From Myxococcota bacterium (GTDB taxonomy: Bacteria > Myxococcota_A > UBA9160 > UBA4427): 64,000 nt of DNA. The notes beneath the pieces are model-generated. The model was given only the letters and a program-made list of their open reading frames with translations, did not search any database and was not told the DNA's origin. The position numbers were made by a program, and so were the translations under genes. Each line of letters opens with the position of its first letter. Positions within the stretch are counted from its first letter, which is position 1. The stretch covers positions 2,937-66,936 of the forward strand of contig JAYGDB010000143.1 in assembly GCA_046583095.1 (NCBI GenBank), read 5' to 3'. Of this stretch, positions 47,195-57,096 are shown piece by piece.

Positions 47195-48136
47195 TCAGCG
47201 ACCGCAGAGCTCCCGGAAGTTGCAGCTCGCGCAGGTGCGCGCGGCGGGACTGTCGAGGGGAATCAGCGGGAAGGCCTCGGCGTCGCCCATCCCACGGCCG
47301 GCATCGAAGTGCAGTTCACGCATGGCGTCCGCGGAGGACTGGATGCGAGTTTCGGCTGCGGAGAGTGACTCGGGCGTAATCTCGCAGCGCACCACGGCCC
47401 CGCCGTCCAGGTAGACGTCGTAGCCGGTGAAGCGCTCGAGCGGCACTCCCCACTCCTCGCGGGCGAAGATCGCATAAACGTGCAGCTGGAATGCGTCGTC
47501 CTCGGTTGGACGGCCCGTCTTCCAGTCGTAGAGGTGAACGTTCCCGTCGCCGTCGCGCAGCGCGAAGTCGGGCGTACCGAAGACCTTGAGGTCGTGAAGC
47601 TTGAAGGAGCCGAACTTGTTCTCCGAGGTCTCGACGAATACGTAGTCGTCCGGCGACGCTTCGCGTACCCACGCCAGATCTCGCAACGTGAAGAAGCCCT
47701 GCACGCAGCGCTCGATCCTCTCGACGTAGTGCTTGCCGTAGCTGGCCGCGGCGGCCCGATCGCTCACCGAGTCCTCGCCGTAGTAGTGCTCGGCCAGGTA
47801 GGTGAACTTCGAGAGCGATTGGCGCCACTTCCCGCTCTGGGATTCCCGGAAGCTCTCTCGCAACTGGCCGAGCGCCCAGTCGGTCGTCTCCTTGACATCG
47901 GCCACGTGATCCGGCTTTGCTTGAAAGTAGGCGGACAAGCTCTCGTGCACCGCGCTGCCGGCCGCCATCGGCATCCGCTGGAGCTTGCCGAGTTGGTAGA
48001 TCTTCCGACGCGCCGGCTCCGATTCCGGCTTCCAGCCGAGCCAGCCGCCGTAGTAGCTGTAGTAGTGGCGGCGACGGCATTCGGCGAAGTTGGATGCGCG
48101 TGACGCCGACCACGCGAACTCGTGGGGGAGATCCAT
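47195..48136 (-). CDS. PD-(D/E)XK nuclease family protein, Cas4/AddB-like with 4-Cys Fe-S motif
   Basis: N-terminal Cys (FAECRRRHYY), GTPDFAL...VHLYDWKTG (D...D/ExK), QLHVYA (QxxxY) and C-terminal CASCNFRELC. Start at ATG 48136. Confidence 0.78.
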   Translation of the reverse strand: MDLPHEFAWSASRASNFAECRRRHYYSYYGGWLGWKPESEPARRKIYQLGKLQRMPMAAGSAVHESLSAYFQAKPDHVADVKETTDWALGQLRESFRESQSGKWRQSLSKFTYLAEHYYGEDSVSDRAAAASYGKHYVERIERCVQGFFTLRDLAWVREASPDDYVFVETSENKFGSFKLHDLKVFGTPDFALRDGDGNVHLYDWKTGRPTEDDAFQLHVYAIFAREEWGVPLERFTGYDVYLDGGAVVRCEITPESLSAAETRIQSSADAMRELHFDAGRGMGDAEAFPLIPLDSPAARTCASCNFRELCGR

Positions 48137-48327
48137 GAAGGGAACCTCGCGGGCGGGAGACACCCAGGCCGTCGAAGCCGACCGCAGCCTCGAGAGCCAA
48201 CGAGAGTGTATCACCCGGACGGAACGGATTCTCGGCACCGGCCGCGATAGCCAACACCCCGGCAACGGGTCGACACCCGGGGTCGAAGGCTGCTAGTTGT
48301 CGAAGGGCCAACTATCGAGAGTCCGCA

Positions 48328-48792
48328 ATGACACAGAGTTCCTTCGATGCGAGTCGCTACAAGTGGCGAGAGGTGACGGGCGGGCCCGAGACCTCCTACA
48401 AGGTCCGCCACGACTACACGATCCTCGGCTACGACATCGCTGCCGGCACCCTGGACATGCTGGTGCGCTGGCAGGGGGACGGCGGCCACTGCCCGATCCA
48501 CCGACACGCCTCGACCACGACCGTCCTGGTGCTCGAGGGCGAGCAGCATCTCTGGGACATCCATCCGGACGGCACGCGCGGCGACTACAAGGTGCGACTC
48601 GCCGGGGACTACGCGCTGACCGTGGGCGATGGGCTGCCGCATCTCGAGCGAGGAGGAGAAGACGGTGGCGTTGCCTTCTTCGGAAATCACTGCACCGACG
48701 GCCTCCTCTACGAGATTCTCGACGAAGACATGAAGGTCGTCGCCGACGTGACGATCGAGGGCCTGGTCGCGGACTGGCAAACGAACACCTGA
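48328..48792 (+). CDS. cupin-fold protein
   Basis: CPIHRHASTTTVLVLEGEQ resembles cupin motif 1. 154 aa. Tentative. Confidence 0.55.
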   Translation: MTQSSFDASRYKWREVTGGPETSYKVRHDYTILGYDIAAGTLDMLVRWQGDGGHCPIHRHASTTTVLVLEGEQHLWDIHPDGTRGDYKVRLAGDYALTVGDGLPHLERGGEDGGVAFFGNHCTDGLLYEILDEDMKVVADVTIEGLVADWQTNT

Positions 48793-48869
48793 CCGCCCTG
48801 TCGTGCCCCATGCAGTCCCGAGCCAGATTGCGGGAAGGTCACGACCGTCGGATTCTGGAGGAACCGTAG

Positions 48870-50687
48870 ATGGCACTCGATTCAGCCGCGCCGCCGAAGC
48901 CTGAGGGCCTGGGGTTCGATCCCGACGCATTACGCGAGAAGTACGCGCAGGAACGGAACAAGCGACTCCGCACGGACGGCAACGACCAGTACCTGGAGGT
49001 CGCCGGCGACTTCGCCCGATACCTGGATGACCCCGCGACGGAGTCGGGCTCCACGCGGGCACCGCTGACCGATGACATCGAGGTCGCGGTGGTCGGGGGA
49101 GGCTTCAGTGGCCTGCTGGTGGGTGCGCGGCTGCGCGCCGCGGGGATCGAGAGCCTTCGCATGATCGAGATGGGCGCTGACTTCGGCGGCACCTGGTACT
49201 GGAACCGCTACCCCGGCGCGCAGTGTGACATCGAGTCCTACATCTACCTGCCCTTGCTCGAAGAGTTGAACTACGTCCCGAAGGAGAAATACGCCTACCG
49301 GGCAGAGATCCACGCACACAGCCAGGCCATCGCCAAGCACTACGACCTCTACGAGGGTGCCTGCTTCGAGACGCAGGTAACGGAGATCCGCTGGAACGAG
49401 AAAGCCGCTCGCTGGACGCTCTCCACCAACCGCGGCGACCACATCACGGCCCGCTTCGTCTGCATGGCAATGGGGCCGCTGAGCCGTCCCAAGTTGCCCG
49501 GCATCCCGGGCATCGAAACCTTCGAGGGGCACGCGTTTCACACCAGCCGGTGGGATTACGACTATACGGGCGGCGATTCGCAGGGCAACCTGAGCGGCCT
49601 TCGCGACAAGCGGGTCGGCGTGATCGGCACCGGAGCGACCGCGGTGCAGTGCATCCCTCATTTGGGAGAGGCGGCCGAGCATCTCTACGTCTTTCAGCGC
49701 ACGCCGTCGTCGATCGACGTGCGCGGCAATCGCCCGACTGACCCGGAGTGGGCCGAGAGCCTGGAACCCGGCTGGCAGAAGCATCGGATCGACAACTTCA
49801 GCATCCTGGTGTCGGGCGGCTTCCAGGACGAGGACCTGGTCAGCGACGGCTGGACGGACATCATCCGGAACCTGTCCGGCCTGGCCGACGGCGGCGACCT
49901 GGGCGCCTCTCCGGAAGAAATCGCAGCCAAGGTAGAGCTCGCGGACTTCCAGAAGATGGAGCAGATCCGGGCTCGCGTGGACTCGCTCGTGAGCGATCCA
50001 GAAACCGCCGAAGCCCTGAAGCCCTACTACCGGCAGTTCTGCAAGCGACCCTGCTTCCACGACGACTACCTGCCCGCCTTCGGCCGCCCCAACGTGACTC
50101 TCGTCGATACCCAGGGAAAGGGCGTGGAGCGAATTAGCGAGCGGGCGATCGTGGTAGACGGCAAAGAGTACGAGGTGGACTGCCTGATCTACGCCACCGG
50201 CTTCGAGGTCGGAACGGACTACGCCCGCCGCGCCGGCTGCGAGATCATCGGGCGGGAGGGCCTGAGCCTGACTTCGAAATGGGCGAAGCAGGTTTCTACC
50301 TTCCAGGGCCTGCTCAGTCGCGGCTTTCCCAACTGCTTCCTGATGGGCGGGATGCAATCCGGGATCACTCCGAACTTCACCGAGTTGTACACCGAGCAGA
50401 GCCAACACATCGCGTACATCATCGCGCATGCGTTGAACCACGCCGTTCGGACCGTCGAAACCTCGGAGCAAGCCGAGGCGGATTGGGTGAAGCAGATCTT
50501 CGGCTCCGGCGCTCCGACGGGGGGTTTCGGCGTGGACTGCACCCCGGGCTACTACAACAACGAGGGCAAGCCGGGAGCAGGACCGGGCTGGTTCGGCGGA
50601 AATTTTCCCGGCAATGCCCAGCAGTTCTTCAAGGTTCTGAGGGAGTGGCGCGACCAGGGTGATCTGGAAGGCCTCGAGCTGGCCTAG
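48870..50687 (+). CDS. Baeyer-Villiger (type I flavin) monooxygenase
   Basis: VVGGGFSGL FAD motif, GGTWYWNRYPGAQCD, BVMO fingerprint FEGHAFHTSRWD, and a second Rossmann motif GVIGTGATA. Confidence 0.92.
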   Translation: MALDSAAPPKPEGLGFDPDALREKYAQERNKRLRTDGNDQYLEVAGDFARYLDDPATESGSTRAPLTDDIEVAVVGGGFSGLLVGARLRAAGIESLRMIEMGADFGGTWYWNRYPGAQCDIESYIYLPLLEELNYVPKEKYAYRAEIHAHSQAIAKHYDLYEGACFETQVTEIRWNEKAARWTLSTNRGDHITARFVCMAMGPLSRPKLPGIPGIETFEGHAFHTSRWDYDYTGGDSQGNLSGLRDKRVGVIGTGATAVQCIPHLGEAAEHLYVFQRTPSSIDVRGNRPTDPEWAESLEPGWQKHRIDNFSILVSGGFQDEDLVSDGWTDIIRNLSGLADGGDLGASPEEIAAKVELADFQKMEQIRARVDSLVSDPETAEALKPYYRQFCKRPCFHDDYLPAFGRPNVTLVDTQGKGVERISERAIVVDGKEYEVDCLIYATGFEVGTDYARRAGCEIIGREGLSLTSKWAKQVSTFQGLLSRGFPNCFLMGGMQSGITPNFTELYTEQSQHIAYIIAHALNHAVRTVETSEQAEADWVKQIFGSGAPTGGFGVDCTPGYYNNEGKPGAGPGWFGGNFPGNAQQFFKVLREWRDQGDLEGLELA

Positions 50688-50887
50688 GCCGCTCGCCTCT
50701 CAGCCGCTGCGCCCGGCTGCCGCCACATCCGATGCCGTTGCCATTTCCGGAGCCTAGCGGGAAATCTCTGCCCCACGGCTCGGGCCAGCCCCGGGATCGC
50801 TCTGTACACTCCTGCCATTCGACGCACAGGAGTACTGCATGCAGGCCTTCGCCCGTGTTGGAAGAATCGACGTGCCAAACGACCGCC

Positions 50888-51655
50888 ATGCGTAAACGAT
50901 TGATCGACTGGGTCGTCACCATTCCGTTCCTGGCCTGTTTCGGCCTGGTCTTGCTCGCCTTCGACTGGCCCCAGCGCGTAGCCCGGCTGTTCGGGCCACG
51001 GCCGCAGGAGATCGTCGCGGGCGCACTCCAAGTGGCGCTCGTGTGGGCCTTTCGACTGACCGGCGCGCGCATCTCGATCGAACGGTCGCCGTTGGTGCTG
51101 CCACACGAGTCGTACCTGATCCTCGCCAATCACCAGAGCCTGTTCGACATCCCCATCCTGGGGGCCGAACTCTTCACGAACTATCCCAAGTACGTCGCCA
51201 AACGAGAACTCGCGCGTTGGATTCCGAGCATCTCCTATAACTTGCGACGCGGGGGCAATGCGCTGATCGAGAGAGGCGACCGCTCACAAGCCACCGAGGC
51301 GATTCGCGAACTCGGGGTCACCGCCGCGCGGCGCGGCGTCTCAGCCGTTCTGTATCCCGAAGGCACCCGTGCGCGCCAGGGCAATCTCGGGCCCTTCAAG
51401 CGCGCCGGCACGTTCGCGCTGCTGGAGGCAGCACCCGACATGCCCGTCGTCCCGGCTGTCATCGATGGATCCTGGCGCCTGCTGCGCTTCAACTTGTTTC
51501 CCGTCCCGTTCGGGACCGAGATCCGGGTTCGTTTCGGCGACCCGATCGCGCGCAGCCCGGACGAGGACCGATCGGCCCTGCTGGCGCAGGTGCGCGAGGA
51601 AATTTCAGAAACTCTCGACAGCTGGAACGAGCAGAAAACGCTGACCGAGTCGTAG
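50888..51655 (+). CDS. 1-acyl-sn-glycerol-3-phosphate acyltransferase family
   Basis: HX4D motif NHQSLFD and PEGTR motif. N-terminal TM helix. Confidence 0.87.
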   Translation: MRKRLIDWVVTIPFLACFGLVLLAFDWPQRVARLFGPRPQEIVAGALQVALVWAFRLTGARISIERSPLVLPHESYLILANHQSLFDIPILGAELFTNYPKYVAKRELARWIPSISYNLRRGGNALIERGDRSQATEAIRELGVTAARRGVSAVLYPEGTRARQGNLGPFKRAGTFALLEAAPDMPVVPAVIDGSWRLLRFNLFPVPFGTEIRVRFGDPIARSPDEDRSALLAQVREEISETLDSWNEQKTLTES

Positions 51656-51699
51656 ATCGGCAGCGAGCCCGTGGCGGCGGATCGCGCCCAGGCCCTCTC

Positions 51700-51975
51700 T
51701 CAGCCACCCGCCACGGGCGGGAAGACATCGACCTTCTGCTCGGGGCCCACGGGCGTCGACAAGCCGTCGAGCCAGCGGGCGTTGCGCCCATCGACAAGGA
51801 TGTTGACCCGACGGGAGAGCGATCCGTCCTCGTCGAAGAGATGTTCGCGCAGATCCGGCCACCGGTCGGCGAGGTGATCCACCAGGTCCTGAACCACCGC
51901 GCCCTCGCAGAGCGACACCTCTACCGATCGCCCTCCGACGATCGGACGCAACGTGGCGTGAAACGAAACCCGCAT
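51700..51975 (-). CDS. MoaD/ThiS-family ubiquitin-like sulfur-carrier protein
   Basis: 91 aa ending in GG (FPPVAGG). Starts 3 nt after the AOR stop. Confidence 0.8.
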   Translation of the reverse strand: MRVSFHATLRPIVGGRSVEVSLCEGAVVQDLVDHLADRWPDLREHLFDEDGSLSRRVNILVDGRNARWLDGLSTPVGPEQKVDVFPPVAGG

Positions 51976-51977
51976 GC

Positions 51978-53795
51978 CTAGAGAATCCCGAGTTCCTCGA
52001 GTTTCGCGTCGGGAACCACGCCATCGTCCCAGCCCCGGGCCGCGTAGTACTCGTCCAGCATCGGGGCCAGCTCGGAGACGTGGCCGAGCGAACCGGGCTG
52101 GGTCGAGGCCTCTTCGGTGAAGCGCCGCGGAAGCGTGTCCGAGCCCTTTCCGAACCCCGCTCGGTTGTTGAAGTAGCGCTCGAGGTTGTAGATCCGCTCG
52201 CCCGCCAACATCACGTCCTCGGCCCCGAACGAGATCCCCATGGCCACTGCGTACTGCTGTGCGTATTCCTCCGCGCCCTCTGCAAAGGCGCTGAACTTAC
52301 ACAGGTCGAGGCTGTCCGAGAAGGCGTGGAGATCCTGGAAGGTCTTCACCAGTTCTCCCTTGCCCTCCCAGGCGAGCGGGTCGGCGTCGATCGGAACGAC
52401 GCCCAGTTCGGCGGCAGCCACGTAGCCGCGCAGGTGGCAGGCTCCGCGGTTGCTCGTCGCATAGCCGAGCCCCATCCCCTTCATGCCTCGCGGGTCGTAG
52501 GCGGGAACCGCCTGTCCCTTGACCGCCATCGCGATTTCCGGGTGACCCAGGGCTTCCGCTGCGCGCGCGGGGCCCTCAGCGAGCAGCTTCCCCGCACCCT
52601 GTCGCAGGGCGATTTTTTCGGTGAGTGCCACCATGGCCTCGGCGTCCCCCCAGGCAAGGCCCTCCCCTTCGGGCACCCAGCCTTGCTCGGTCGCCTCCAT
52701 CCACACGGAGAGCGCGTTTCCCAGTTCGATCGCATCCATCCCGAGGTCGTTGCACTGGTCGATCATCTTCGCCACCGACGCAACGTCGTCATTGTCGCAG
52801 TTGGCACCGAGGCTCCAGGCCGGTTCGTACTCGAGACTCTCCATGCGAAGACCCGCCCAGGGACCCTGCTTGATCTCGACTTCCTTCTTGCACGCGACCG
52901 GACACGCGTGGCAGGTCGGATCGTCGACGAGCAGGTTCTGCTCCACGTACTCACCGCTGATCTTCTCGGCGCGGTCGCCAAAGGAGGTGAGCTGGCTGTT
53001 GCGCGCACCGAGGGCCCCGATCGAATTCGTGATATTCATGATCACGTTGGTGCCGTAGACCGAAAGCCCGCCCTTCTTCGGACTCGTGATGTTCGCCTCG
53101 TCGCGGATGTTATCGAGGACGTGGCGCCTCACGGCCCTCCACGCATCCTTGTCGGGGTCTTCGCTCTTCTGGAGACCCGCCCGAATGACGATCGCCTTCA
53201 AGTTCTTGGCGCCGCCGACGGCACCCGTGCCGCCGCGGCCGAATGCGCGGTCGTCGTCGTTCAGCCAAGCCGCGAAACGCACGAGATTTTCTCCGGCAGG
53301 ACCGATGGCATTCACCGCGAGGTTCTTGGCGCCGTAGCGCTGCTTGAAGAAGGCCACTGTTTCGTGAATCCCCTTGCCCCAGGTCTCGCTCGCGTCACGC
53401 AGGGAGATCTCGCCGTCTTCGATGAAGGCGTAGACGGGACGCTCGGAGCGCCCCTCGAAGACGAGACCGTCGAAGCCCGCCCAGCGCGCCCGCGCCGCCG
53501 TCCAACCGCCCTGGTGGCTGTCGGTCACGGTATGGGTGAGAGGAGACTTGGTGACGCAGGCCCAACGTCCACTCATGCTCACTTCAGAACCCGTCAGCGG
53601 CCCGTTCATGAAACACAGCACGTTATCGCCGGAGAGGGGTTCGACCTCGGGGCCGTTTTCGAGCACGTACCGCACACCGAGACCGCGGGCACCAATGTAC
53701 TTGCGGACCCAATCCTCCGGTGCCGCCCTCATCTCCCACTGGCCCGTGGCCAGATCGATGTGGGCGATCTTCTCTCCAAAGCTTCGCAGTCGCAT
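51978..53795 (-). CDS. aldehyde:ferredoxin oxidoreductase family (tungsto/molybdopterin enzyme)
   Basis: AOR N-terminus (IAHIDLATGQW...YIGARGLG), 4Fe-4S motif CHACPVAC plus a distal Cys, and pterin-binding DLGMDAIE. Start at ATG 53795 after AAGGAG. Confidence 0.9.
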   Translation of the reverse strand: MRLRSFGEKIAHIDLATGQWEMRAAPEDWVRKYIGARGLGVRYVLENGPEVEPLSGDNVLCFMNGPLTGSEVSMSGRWACVTKSPLTHTVTDSHQGGWTAARARWAGFDGLVFEGRSERPVYAFIEDGEISLRDASETWGKGIHETVAFFKQRYGAKNLAVNAIGPAGENLVRFAAWLNDDDRAFGRGGTGAVGGAKNLKAIVIRAGLQKSEDPDKDAWRAVRRHVLDNIRDEANITSPKKGGLSVYGTNVIMNITNSIGALGARNSQLTSFGDRAEKISGEYVEQNLLVDDPTCHACPVACKKEVEIKQGPWAGLRMESLEYEPAWSLGANCDNDDVASVAKMIDQCNDLGMDAIELGNALSVWMEATEQGWVPEGEGLAWGDAEAMVALTEKIALRQGAGKLLAEGPARAAEALGHPEIAMAVKGQAVPAYDPRGMKGMGLGYATSNRGACHLRGYVAAAELGVVPIDADPLAWEGKGELVKTFQDLHAFSDSLDLCKFSAFAEGAEEYAQQYAVAMGISFGAEDVMLAGERIYNLERYFNNRAGFGKGSDTLPRRFTEEASTQPGSLGHVSELAPMLDEYYAARGWDDGVVPDAKLEELGIL

Positions 53796-53845
53796 CGAGG
53801 GTCTCCTTGGGGTAGGTGCCCTTCGGCCGTTTCCAAGCTTCAGGA

Positions 53846-55015
53846 TCAGGCAGCGCCGACGAGTTCCTCGACGCTCGGGCAGACACGATCGGCGATCGGC
53901 TGGAGCGCATCGATGTCGAAACCGTAGAGCTCGGCCGGGTTGTCGGTCAGGATCGTCCGCACTTCGTCGATCGGGATGCCGTTGAAGCAGCGGGCGAGCG
54001 ACTTGCGGGTGCGCGGCCAGGTTCCCTCGAGGTGGGGGTAGTCGGCGCCCCACATCAGATTGCCGAGACCGATTTCGTGGCGCAACGCCGACTCGTGGGG
54101 GGCCATGAACGACGCAGCGATGGTGCACTGCCGCTCGAAGTACTCGCTCGGCTTCAGCTTCACGAGGTCCTTGATATGGCTGAAGAAGCGGGCCGCGTGA
54201 ATACCGTCGAGCAGCATCAGCGCGCTCGGCACCCAGTCGCTACGCGTTTCGGTGAAGACCACTTTCATCCGGGGGAAGCGTTCGAAGACACCGCCCCACA
54301 TCAGGATCCACAGGTTGCGGTGAGAGAAGTAGGTGGCCTCGGTCGCATACATCAGCATGCTGGTGACACCGTAATTGCCGTAGTTCGGCGTACCGCCGCC
54401 GCCGTGGATGTGCACCGGCATCTCGTGGTCCTGGCACGCTGCCCAGAGTACGTCGTAACAGGTGTCGTAGTAGGGCGGGAGCCCTTCGCCCGGCACCGTC
54501 GGGATGATCACGCCCTTCATGCCGTGCTCGGCGGCCCAGCGGATCTCCTCGACCGTCGCGTCGAGATCGTGCACGGTCAGCATCGCGAGCGCGGCGCGGC
54601 GTCCGGGCAGATCGTTCGCGAAGTCGAGCAGCCAGCGGTCGTACGCGCGATTGCCAACACCTCGCAACTCGTGCTTCGCGGACTCGCCAAAGCCTCCGAA
54701 GGGCACGCCACCGTTCGGGAACAGCACCTCGCCGACGACACCTTCCCCCTCGAGCACCTCCGTGCGCACCGACGAATTCCACTCGCCGTCGCGTCCGGCG
54801 CCGGTCTCCATCGCAAACGCGTCACTGCCTTCCTTGGAGAACAACGAGCGATCTTCCTCTCGAGCCTTTACAGCCGCCTCTTTCCGTTTCTCGAGTTCGA
54901 GAACGAACTCCTCGTACTTCGCGCGATAGGCGGGTTCGACGTAGGGGATGTAGTCCTCGGGTCGCCCCGTCGCGTGACCGTCGCACGAGATGATTACCGG
55001 TCGCTGTGCAGTCAT
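53846..55015 (-). CDS. amidohydrolase-2 family metal-dependent hydrolase
   Basis: VIISCDGHA N-terminal metal motif. 389 aa. Paralogous in type to 44736-45902. Confidence 0.8.
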   Translation of the reverse strand: MTAQRPVIISCDGHATGRPEDYIPYVEPAYRAKYEEFVLELEKRKEAAVKAREEDRSLFSKEGSDAFAMETGAGRDGEWNSSVRTEVLEGEGVVGEVLFPNGGVPFGGFGESAKHELRGVGNRAYDRWLLDFANDLPGRRAALAMLTVHDLDATVEEIRWAAEHGMKGVIIPTVPGEGLPPYYDTCYDVLWAACQDHEMPVHIHGGGGTPNYGNYGVTSMLMYATEATYFSHRNLWILMWGGVFERFPRMKVVFTETRSDWVPSALMLLDGIHAARFFSHIKDLVKLKPSEYFERQCTIAASFMAPHESALRHEIGLGNLMWGADYPHLEGTWPRTRKSLARCFNGIPIDEVRTILTDNPAELYGFDIDALQPIADRVCPSVEELVGAA

Positions 55016-55101
55016 CGCTCTCCGCTCCCTTTGCGCCGGGCTTGCTAGGCGCTCTCAATTGCAGAGTGTACCCGAACAAGCGCCCTCGTTGATAGCGCGC
55101 C

Positions 55102-56175
55102 CTATTTCCGACGCGCCCGCGCCAAGCCGCCGAGCGTGGCGAGAGCGGCTGCGCCCAGGGCGCTCGACGTCGGTTCGGGGACGGCGGGGACACCCGTAAG
55201 CGTGTACGCACCCCCCGCGCCCTCGAAGACACCCCGGACGACCAGGACGTAATTTCCAGCAGCGGGGGTCAGATCCAGGCTGGTCATCATCGGGGTCGTG
55301 AAGTTCGACTCGACCTCGGTGCTGAGCGAATCGTCCACGAGCATCAGCACCGGGTTGAAGCCGTCCGCGAGAGAACCGGGGGATGACAACGTGAAGCTCA
55401 GCGGCGCGCCCGCCGACTCCACCCGATACAGATCGACGAACGCGTCCGGCTCCGTCGTCACGCCGGTTGTCGGCTGGGGCAGGCCCACTTCGGTATCGAA
55501 ACAGTCGCTCGCGGCGAGCCGACCGCTGATGGGAGCCCCCGTGCTCGAGGAGAACCGTGGGCAGACCGGGTCATGGACAAACGATATGCCGGCGAGGTCA
55601 TCTGCCTGCGGGACCTCGACGTCGCTCGTAATGGACTCCATGATGGCCGGCGATACCAACGAGTGGTTGAGCCCCAGCAGGTGCCCGATCTCGTGCACCG
55701 CGACCCGCCGGAAGTCGGCCGTCGCGCCCGTAAGGGGCCCGGTGAAGATGTCGAAGTCCTCGTTCTGATCGAAGACGATGTTTGCGTGGACGACGAGCCC
55801 TCCGATTGTGAAGGTCGTGCGCGCAACGGCGATCGTCGTGCTGCCGAAGTCCGTTTCCCCGCAGATGTCGGTGCGGAAATCGACTCCGTGGATGCCGTTG
55901 TTGGGCCCGCACGGGTCCTCGAAGACACCCTCGTTCACCGTGATATCGACAAGTCCGCCCGAGGATGTATTCCACTCTGCCGCGGCCCCGGCGAATGCGG
56001 TGTTCCAGGACATGCCCGACATCGAGATCGATCCGGTCGAGGGGTGGACGATGTCGGCCTGCATTTCGAATGCGCCATCCACCCAGCGCACTCCAGAGGC
56101 TTCGAAGGCCGCGCTCGCCCCCGCCCAGAGTAGAAGAGTGGCGGTTACGAGAACGATTCGGCGTGAGGGCATCAC
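55102..56175 (-). CDS. matrixin-type (M10) zinc metalloprotease with PPC-like domain and PEP-CTERM anchor
   Basis: VAVHEIGHLLGLNHS (HExxHxxGxxH), signal peptide, a C-terminal beta-rich domain, then VPEPTSSALGAAALATLGGLARARRK. Confidence 0.87.
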   Translation of the reverse strand: MMPSRRIVLVTATLLLWAGASAAFEASGVRWVDGAFEMQADIVHPSTGSISMSGMSWNTAFAGAAAEWNTSSGGLVDITVNEGVFEDPCGPNNGIHGVDFRTDICGETDFGSTTIAVARTTFTIGGLVVHANIVFDQNEDFDIFTGPLTGATADFRRVAVHEIGHLLGLNHSLVSPAIMESITSDVEVPQADDLAGISFVHDPVCPRFSSSTGAPISGRLAASDCFDTEVGLPQPTTGVTTEPDAFVDLYRVESAGAPLSFTLSSPGSLADGFNPVLMLVDDSLSTEVESNFTTPMMTSLDLTPAAGNYVLVVRGVFEGAGGAYTLTGVPAVPEPTSSALGAAALATLGGLARARRK

Positions 56176-56852
56176 TTCCCGACTTCGCCGCCCGGCGACG
56201 AGAGCAGCGCCCGGACCAGCGCCGCCTTCACGCTGGCCTTCGTCAGCGCTCCCTCGAGAGACGCGGCTTCGTCGACCTGCACGCCCTCGGCCGGCCCGGA
56301 TCCAGTACCGATCGCGTGGCGCTTGGCGCCGAGCCGCTCGGGACGCAGGCCCACGACCGGACGGCCGCGTGCCGACACCACCCGCTCCCGGCCGTCTGCA
56401 CCGATCAGGATCCGCAGACGTCCCTGGTCCCAGCCAAACAGCGGGTTCACCTGGAAGCGCTGCAGGCTCTCGACGAAGTAGATCCCGTGCTCTCCCACCT
56501 CGGGAACCCGTAGCCCGGCAACCCGATCGACCAATCCGTTGAGTTGCCCACCCAGGAAGGCGAGCGACAACGTGCGGCCGACGGGCGGTCCCTTGACGAC
56601 CTCGACCACTTCGAACTCGACCCAGGTGCGGAACCCGGAAGCGATCTCCTCGGTCGAGTGCCCGACGACGCGTCCCTCGAAGATCAACTCGCAGCGCGAG
56701 AGCATCTCGGAGAGATGCACCTGCTCGACCGTGGCAGATCCCGCTGGGCTCACGAGCCCGAACACCGCGACGAACCCCAGCAGCAAGAACAGGGGCCTAC
56801 GGAGATCCGATGAGGTCCTGCCTCCGCAGCCGCTGGACGGTCGGTGGGCCAT
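56172..56852 (-). CDS. hypothetical secreted protein, translationally coupled to the matrixin gene
   Basis: ATG 56852. Signal-like RRPLFLLLGFVAVFGLVSPAGSA. The stop overlaps the matrixin start (ATGA). No family recognised. Confidence 0.5.
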   Translation of the reverse strand: MAHRPSSGCGGRTSSDLRRPLFLLLGFVAVFGLVSPAGSATVEQVHLSEMLSRCELIFEGRVVGHSTEEIASGFRTWVEFEVVEVVKGPPVGRTLSLAFLGGQLNGLVDRVAGLRVPEVGEHGIYFVESLQRFQVNPLFGWDQGRLRILIGADGRERVVSARGRPVVGLRPERLGAKRHAIGTGSGPAEGVQVDEAASLEGALTKASVKAALVRALLSSPGGEVGK

Positions 56853-57096
56853 TGGCGCGGTCTCCCGTAGCTCGGATGCTAGCGCGGCCACCGCCGAGAC
56901 TGGCGATTCTGTCCGAGCGGGTGCTGCAACTCGCGTCCAAAGCGCGTTCGAATCGGGCTTTGGTAGCCTGACGGCATCCACCTCGGGCGCGAGACCGAGC
57001 ATCAGAGGCACTGTTGGACTCCCTAGAGCGCTGGCCGGCCAAGGTGACGTGAGCGACACATCGCCGACGATCGAGGATTCGCCGAGACCTTGGTGG

